Shown here in pieces: positions 55,610 to 64,000 of a DNA stretch of 64,000 nucleotides. The stretch comes from Lingula anatina (taxonomy: Eukaryota; Animalia; Brachiopoda). The stretch lies in NCBI GenBank assembly GCA_051362555.1, contig CM120641.1, positions 682,001 through 746,000 on the forward strand. Reading direction: 5' to 3'. The stretch's first letter is position 1, and each line of letters opens with the position of its first letter. The translations under genes and the position numbers were made by a program. Below the pieces are notes generated by a model, which was not told the DNA's origin, did no database searches, and saw nothing but the letters and a program-made list of their open reading frames with translations.

Positions 55610-58562
55610 TAAATAGGCCTACAAAAACTTTTCCTGATTAAATTAAACAACGCCCCACCTCACGGAAGAGATAATAACGTCACTTTCACCACACCAGCTT
55701 GTCGTGTGTGTGCGCTGATCTCATCCACTACGACCGATCGACCGACTTTTGTCGGCCGGCGAAAAATTGTTCTGTGTGCGGCGGGCTTTAGATAAAATCT
55801 GGACAGCGAGCTGAATAAGGACCAAGAGAAACAAAGGAAGAATTTTCCTGCAAAGCTTCAAAGAACTAACATGGTGACAATTTTCACAAACAAATAATTA
55901 ATATAAGATATATCAGAGCTCTATCTTGTCTTATAATTGGTACCCTGAGTGTCAGAGCAACGTAAAAGCTAGCTTGTTAAATATATACCTTGTGATGGAG
56001 TCGCTTTTACTAGCTCTGACGAACAGTGACAATCTGAGGACGTTCTTCTTCAAATTTTTGCCTGGGGCGCTTCCATATTTGGAAGTCACACCTCACAGCT
56101 GTGTCCGCCTGGATCCATATTTGGAAGTCATAAGTCTCGTACGTCACAGGTTTGGCCGCCTGGAGCTGCCTTTCCCGCCTCACGCTGAAGTTATCTCGTG
56201 CAGATGAGACAAGAAGCAAAGTGCCTGACGAAGTTTGAATTGAAAATGTCTTGCAGTCGAAGGTCAGTGCCACAATAGAAGCAACATTCCGCTTTAAAAA
56301 CTGATTTTGGTGTAGCCATTGCGCAGCCCTTATAGTGGTATCGGGCATACAGTGTAGCTGTCAAATTTTGCACACGGCAAGCACGTGTATTGCGCATGTG
56401 TACATCTCAGGACTAAATGTTCTTTGATAAGCAAAAAATACAAAAACATTGGATATATCTTTTCTGTTCGAAGAATATTATTTATTTCTTCACTTTACAT
56501 CTTAAATACAGCAAATAAAATTAAATAAAGCAGAATTAAATCTGTTTTACGTTTCTTTTTGGTCTGATGACATTCAATTGCAGATTCACTGCGGAGCAGT
56601 TCTATTTGATTGATGGAAGTGTAACATGGCCGCTGGTCACTAGAGCCGGTATTGTTTATATGGGTTATATATGAAATCAAGATCGAGCTGGCAATACCGG
56701 AATCTAGAACCTAGGGTAATAATTGGTTGATTTTGGGAGACCTGCACCCCCATGTAAGAGGAATGATAGCTATCTTTCCAATAAATTATCACTGTTTCTT
56801 CACCACCAAGAAAAATTTATCTTCCATTTTATGATCAGTATTTCACGTCGAACAACAGTACTGCACCGTTATTCAGAATTCAGCTCGTCACAAGCAGGCA
56901 TAATCAGCAGTGCTTATAGTGTCTAAATTTCTTAAAAGTTTAAAGTTAAAAGTTTCTCCTTGTTAAATAAATATACTGTTCTGGGTGAAATAAATATACT
57001 GAAATCTTATTAAATCGGGAATATTTTAAACTTTTACTGATGATTTTATTAGTAGTACAAATAAGGCTGCCCTTCATCTGTTGCGTAAGTCCACATTTGG
57101 CTGTACCTGTGAATTTTAAAAGGTCTGGTTACGCCCCATGTAAACATTTAGTTATTCATAAGCGATTATCAAATAGTTGGCAGAAATTAAGTGTATGTTT
57201 CAACTCTGGAATATCATAAAGCAAGTCTTTGTAACACGAGCCTTTATCCATTTTCTCTGTAATTTCTAATTCCTTACTTTTATCAAGCACATTTAAGTAA
57301 TCCCAGAATGCCTTGCGCAAGACATTCGTCTGGCGTAGGAGCATGTGATGGCACATATAGATCATTGATGTAGCTCTCGGCGATAAAGTTGAATATATTG
57401 CTCAGCAAGTTAAGAAATGATAATAAACAGTAAGTAATTTGTGTACCAATGCTTTCATAATTTTTTAATAACAATGGTGGTGGTTTTAAAATTGGCCTGC
57501 AGCTGCCGGCGGGCAGGTTGAGTCCTCCAATCGTCTCTTTCAAAAACAGCACTAATAAGTGATAACAATCTCTCCTGTCAAGTGGCAGTTCCTTTGTTCG
57601 GAACGGTGGTCTGAAAACTCAATTTGATGAATCATGGGGTGAGTTTCAATTAGGCACACTTCCTTGCGTTCGGAAAATTAAAATTGTGCCCAAGGTGAGT
57701 CCAGCGATCGTTCATACAGAACGGAGGAAGAAAATTCAGGTTCAGAGAAAAAGCGTTTTGTTTGTAATTATCGTGGCGTTCGTATAGATCGGAGAATTAC
57801 CATAACTATTCATATGAGATCTATATTTCACAATAAAAACATTGTGAATAACTCACAGAAATATTATATATTCTGTTTTACAAGAAAACAGCAGTTATAG
57901 CTATTATTCTGATATCTGAGCTTGTTTTTAGACCATATGACCTCCATTGATGTCTATACTCTGTTAAAATCTCTTAAGAGATTTTAACCAAAAACCAAAC
58001 TTTATAGAAAAAAGCAGGGACTAACTTTGAATGTAAAAATGGATTCATTAACCATTGGTTAGTATAGGAAAATTGTTGTTTACTCCAGGAAAATTCATTT
58101 TTTTGGCCGAAACGAAGAGTTATTATCCCTTTGAACTCTTTTTCACTGGTCGATTACATAAAAATGATGGTAAACCTGTTGTCGTGTATTGTATAATTGA
58201 GTGTCAAAAATGGAAATGAACTCTGTTCAGTGCAGTTATCTCTTGTTCAAACATTGGGATTTTCATTATGTGAATATGAACTCTTGAAAGTGTAATTTTA
58301 TACATGGGTGGATTGAGAATGTCTTCTGGATCTTCGGGAAGACGGTCAGATTTTAAAGTTTTCATTGATCTTTTTTTTCTGTTGGAAGACCATCAAAATG
58401 GAGGATGGATCAACAAAGTTTTAATTAAAATTTAGAATACTGTCAGAAAATATCTCATGGCTAATTAACAAGCAACATAATCATACTTTCAGTTATTTTG
58501 TATGAAATGAAAAAGTGCAATGACACATTGGGAATTGATTTTTTCTTACTATTTTTGCACAG

Positions 58563-58742
58563 CTGATGCGTATGGCGTCACGTCTCTGCAAGAGGCAAAA
58601 ACTGGATGATCCTGCGACTTTAACTGACACTACATCCTCTTCGGATGCTAATGGCTCCCCCCCTTCGCTGGGTAATGACCTAAACACTCTTGAGATGATG
58701 GCATTAAGAACATTGGGTGGAAAAGCACAGTTAAATGACAGT
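58563..58742 (+). CDS. Orphan putative coding exon (phase 0-0)
   Basis: Good acceptor (TTTTTGCACAG) and donor (GTAAGT); open frame LMRMASRLCKRQKLDDPATLTDTTSSSDANGSPPSLGNDLNTLEMMALRTLGGKAQLNDS; upstream CAAG|GTGAGT donor at 57694. No family recognised. Confidence 0.4.
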
Positions 58743-58821
58743 GTAAGTTATTTCATATTTGTAAAAAAGGTCGACTCGCATGTTAACTATTTGTCAAAAT
58801 GCAAGAGAATGGGCCATCACA

Positions 58822-61800
58822 TTTTTATGTACAGACATATATAGCTGTCACCTGTGTCTGTCATTGCCGTTGTCAATGTTGCCATTGTGGCCGTTGCCAT
58901 GCACCTTGAATGATAGCATAATAAGTGGAAAAATGTTTTACCTTTTGTCTTCAACTTTGTGGAACTGATGAATATTCATAAAATACAGATCAAGTGTGAA
59001 AATCGGCTTGATGAGGCCATTTTTTCAAAGGTTATGCTGTTTTTACCACTGCCAAGGAGGTTATGTTTTCACCCCTGTTTGTTTGTCTGTCTGTTTGTCA
59101 TCAACATAACTCAAAAAGTCAGAAGTGGGCCAAAAAATCAAAAAGCTAAATCGTTATAGAATGAAAATTTAGGGGTGAAACGGCATTGGGTGGAGACTTT
59201 GCTGCCTTGGCAGAGGTCTCAGAGTGCTTTTCTGGTTCTATCTTTATCTTTTTTATGTACAGACACAGATGTGTCTGTACATATAGCCATCTTCTGCGTC
59301 TGTCGGCGCCGTCGTCGCCGTCGTGCACTTTTACCGATAACACGATAAGTGGAACACTGTTTTTGCTTTTGGCTTGAAACTTACAGAACTGGTGAATATT
59401 CCTAATACGCAGGTCAAGTTCGAAAATCAGCATGATCGGGCCATTTTTAGGGAAGTTATGCTGTTTTTTCACTTTTTTCAGCATATATGCAGCACCGATA
59501 ACACGATAAGTGGAAAACCATTTTACTTTTTGGCTTGAAACTTACAAAACTGATGAATATTCATAATCCGCAGATCAAGTTCGAAAATCAGCATGATCGG
59601 GTCATTTTTAGGGAAGTTACGCTGTTTTTTCACTTTTCTCAGCATATATGCAACACCGATAACATGATAAGTGAAATAACTTTTTACCTTTTGGCTTGAA
59701 ACTAACAGAACTGATGGATATTCATAATACGCAGGTCAAGTTCGAAAATCAGCATGATCGGGCCTTTATTTTAGAAGTTATGCTGTTTTTTCACATTTCC
59801 TCAGATTCAGTTATTAGGCATGTTAACAGTCTCATTATTTAACTAATAAGATACGTAAAAGTGTTTGTTTGATATTTCCTGCATCTTTACAACATTGTTA
59901 ATTGATTGTGTAAAAATGATGGTAAACTTGTTATTGTGTATTGTGTAATAAAGTGTCAAAAATGGTAATAAACTCATCATTGCAGTTTGTCAGATTCAAT
60001 CATCCACTATGTTCAGAATCTCAGAATGGAGGAAATTGGACATTAAACACTGTTCTATTGATATTTTTCCCATCTCATCAATTTTCTTAGTTGGTCATAT
60101 AAAAATGGCAACAAACTGTTTATTTTGTTTTATGTTAAAAAAAATGTTAAAAATGGAAATAAACCCATTTCAGAAAGGTGCTGTCTTGTTTACATTTTGG
60201 CATTTTTAAGATGTGACTTTGAAGTTCCATGAGCCTGCAGACCTTTGCTAGTCACGTTTTCTGAATGTTCATGTGACTAATATTCCATTATTAAAAATTG
60301 ATGGTCATTATGCTGTTAAACATTATGTAATATTGCATCAAAATTTGAAGAAACCCCTATTTTGGGCACTGCTCTCATAATGACCATTTAACAAAAATCA
60401 TGTCAATTACCGTTCTCAAACTTACAGGACAGAAACATGGGTCTAAAATACAGCTTCAGTTGGCAATGCAGTCTGTTTGGTAATTTTTTCTGGCAGTTAA
60501 ACAGTTTTTTGTGAAAATTTAATTTTTCACATATTGGCATTTTCAAGGTGTGACTTTGAAGTTCCATGAGCCTGCAGACCTTTGCTAGTCACGTTTTCTG
60601 AATGTTCATGTGACTAATATTCCATTATTAAAAATTGATGGTCATTATGCTGTTAAACATTATGTAATATTGCATCAAAATTTGAAGAAACCCCTATTTT
60701 GGGCACTGCTCTCATAATGACCATTTAACAAAAATCATGTCAATTACCGTTCTCAAACTTACAGGACAGAAACATGGGTCTAAAATACAGCTTCAGTTGG
60801 CAATGCAGTCTGTTTGGTAATTTTTTCTGGCAGTTAAACATTTTTTTGTGAAAATTTAATTTTTCACTTATTGGCATTTTCAAGATGTGACTTTGAAGTT
60901 CCATGATCCTGCAGACCTTTGCTAGTCACGTTTTCTGAATGTCCATGTGACTAATATTCCATTATTAAAAATTGATGGTCATTATGCTGTTTAGCATGCT
61001 GCTGCTATGATGAGCATTATGGGAAAACTGTGTTATGACTGTCAAGCCTTTAAAAAAGAAACACAGGACTAAAATGCAGAATGAGTTGGAAAAGCAGTCT
61101 AATTGGCTTCTTTTTCTGGAAGTTATACATTTGAGTGAAATATTCATTATCTTTTTGGCATATTCATTGTGGGACTCGGAGCTCCCATGGACATGAAGCC
61201 GAATGGTAATCAAATTTTCTACATGTCCATGCTATTTATTGTCAATAATCAAAGATTGGTGATAATTGTTCTATAATTTATTATGTAATGTTACATCAAA
61301 ATTGACAACAATATTTTTGCATTGCTACTGCAAACATTATGAAAAGAAAACTGTGTTACTTATTATTATTTTTAACTTACAAGTATGATTTTTAGGATTG
61401 GCATGCAGTTCAAATTAGAAAGCCAGGTCAATTGGGTTATCATTTATTATTGAATTTATGCAATTTTGTGTGAAATTTTCATTTTTCTCATTCTGGCACT
61501 TTCTAAGTATAAACTTGAACTCTGATGGGCCTGAAGCCTTATGCTTTTACTTTCGTCGTTGTTACCTGTTGTGCAAAATTAAAATTTGATGTTGACTGTG
61601 CAGTAAAACATAATGTATTATTGCATCAGAATTGGTAGTCTCCTATTTTGTGCATTATTGTTTTGTGCTTTTCTTAAGATGTGACTTATGGGCCTGAAAG
61701 ACCTTTGAGAGGGTCAGTCTGTTAATATCCCTTGGGTATCACTTAGCTAATTTCTGAGTTATAAAGTCATTTGCCTAATTGATAGGCCATTAAAGGAGAT

Positions 61801-64000
61801 TACATAAAGCACACTTGTTGATATTTCCTTGTAAACTCCCAAAAGTTAAGCTCTCTGCTAGATTAATAATAAGGAAGCAGTGATAATTATGCAGGTTATT
61901 ATATAAATATATAATCAAAGATTAAAAGTTTGAATAGCAGCTTCATTGAAATTATATTTACCTCAGGCTCTGCCTAGGAGGTTATATTTTCACCCCTGTT
62001 TGTCTGTCATCAACATAACTCAAAAAGTTATGGACCGATTTTGCTGAAATTTTCGGGAACTGTCAGAATTGGGCCAAAGAGGACAATGATTAGTTTTTAG
62101 TGGTGGTCTGGCTCAATAATCAACAATAATCAACAATTGCTGCCTTGGCAGAAGTCTGCACTCTCGGTGGTTTTCTAGTTTTGTTATGTTTTCCTTTACA
62201 ATTTTTATGTACAGACACAGATGTGTCTGTACATATAGCCATCATCTGCGTCTGTCATCGCCGTCGTCGCCGTCGTGCACTTTTACCGATAACACGATAA
62301 GTGGAACACCGTTTTTTCTTTTGGCTTGAAACTTACAGAACTGATGAATATTCGTAATACGCAGGTCAAGTTCGAAAATCAGCATGATCGGGTCACTAAT
62401 AGGGAATTTATGCTGTTTTTTCGCTTTTTTCAGCATATATGCAGCACCGATAACACGATAAGTGGAAAACCGTTTTACCTTTTGGCTTGAAACTTACAGA
62501 ACTGATGAATATTCCTAATACGCAGGTCAAGTTCGAAAATCAGCATGATCGGGCCATTTTTAGGGAAGTTATGCTGTTTTTTCACTTTTTTCAGCATATA
62601 TGCAGCACCGATAACACGATAAGTGGAAAACCATTTTACTTTTGGCTTGAAACTTACAAAACTGATGAATATTCATAATCCGCAGGTCAAGTTCGAAAAT
62701 CAGCATGATCGGGTCATTTTTAGGGAAGTTACGCTGTTTTTTCACTTTTCTCAGCATATATGCAACACCGATAACACGATAAGTGAAATAACATTTTACC
62801 TTTTGACTTGAAACTAACAGAACTGATGGATATTCATAATACGCAGGTCAAGTTCGAAAATCAGCAAGATCGGGCCTTTATTTTTGAAGTTATGCTGTTT
62901 TTTCACATTTCCTCAGATTCAATTATTAGGCATGTTAACAGTCTCATTATTTAACTAATAAGATACGTAAAAGTGTTTGTTAATTGTTAATTGATTGTGT
63001 AAAATTGATGGTAAACTTGTTATCGTGTATTGTGTAATAAAGTGTCAAAAATGGTAATAAACTCATCATTGCAGTTTGTCAGATTCAATCATCCACTATG
63101 TTCAGAATCTCAGAATGGAGGAAATTGGACATTAAACACTGTTCTATTGATATTTTCCCCATCTCATCAATTTTCTTAGTTGGTCATATAAAAATGGCAA
63201 CAAACTGTTTATTTTGTTTTATGTTTAAAAAATGTTAAAAATGGAAATAAACCCATTTCAGAACAGTGCTGTCTTGTTTACATTTTGGCATTTTTATGTA
63301 CAGACACAGATGTGTCTGTACATATAGCCATCACCTGCGTCTGTCGTCGTCGCCGTGCACTTTCACCGATAACACGATAAGTGAAAAACCGTTTTACCTT
63401 TTGGCTTGAAACTTACAGAACTGATGAATATTCATAATATGCAGGTCAAGTTCGAAAATCAGCATGATCAGGCCATTTTGATGGAAGTTATGTTGTTTTT
63501 TCCCTTTTTTCAGCATATTTATAACACCGATAACACAATAAGTGAAAAACCATTTTACCTTTTGGCTTGAAACTTACAGAACTGATGAATATTCATATTA
63601 TGCAGGTCAAGTTCGAAAATCAGCATGATCGGGCCATTTTTATGAAAGTTATGCTATTTTTTCATTTTTTTCAGCATATATGCAACACCGATAACACGAT
63701 AAGTGAAAAACCATTTTACCTTTTGGTTTGAAACTTACAGAACTGATGAATATGCATAAAACGCAGATCAAGTTCGAAAATCAGCGTGATCGGAGCAATT
63801 TTATGGAAGTTATGCTGTTTTTTCAGCATATATGCAATACCGATAACACATTTCAAGGAAAATCAATTGGCCAATTGTCTTGAAATTCACAGGGGTGATC
63901 AGTCTTACTGAAATACAGATGAAGTTAAAAAATAAGTTCGATCGGTTCAGTTTTGGTGAAGTTATGCCTTTTTTTGTATATAAGTGTTTTTTATTCAGAT
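58822..64000 (+). repeat. Cluster of HINE-like family B copies with 161-bp arrays, ~338-bp tandem repeats and a ~1-kb duplication
   Basis: Palindromic 5' ends at ~58827 (degenerate), 59256, 62208 and 63297. CACGATAAGTG recurs with period 161 (59341, 59502, 59663). 59250-60210 is similar to 62204-63292. ~338-bp unit at ~60201, 60538 and 60876. Confidence 0.82.

Noticed and set aside
55926-57552. ORFs at 55926-56397 and 57156-57552
   Set aside because: No recognisable motif or consistent splice structure; may be decayed TE or pseudogene sequence but cannot be supported.

Overview
AT-rich, intron-rich animal (invertebrate-like) genomic DNA, not prokaryotic. Left to right: (1) a complete 34-exon CatSper-epsilon (CATSPERE-like) gene on + (1191-24619), with an antisense TRIM-NHL gene nested in intron 7, plus hAT-, Kolobok-, PIF- and LINE-derived insertions and tandem 'echoes' of exon ends; (2) a two-exon CXorf65/C22orf15-like gene on +; (3) a complete 11-exon PSMC1/Rpt2 gene on - (441 aa); (4) a near-perfect 1010-bp inverted repeat whose two arms each carry the same ATG|GTGAGT first exon; (5) a divergently oriented Ig-domain single-pass membrane protein gene on + whose 5' end (exon 1, a fused exon 2/3, intron 3, possibly exon 4) looks like a remodelled copy of the PSMC1 5' end, i.e. 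an apparent chimeric gene built by inverted duplication; (6) a repeat-dense right third made of Helentron/HINE-like elements with 146- and 161-bp arrays, a PIF-like composite element and one orphan exon. All gene models were read by hand from splice sites and reading-frame phase. Family calls rest on remembered motifs, not on database searches.
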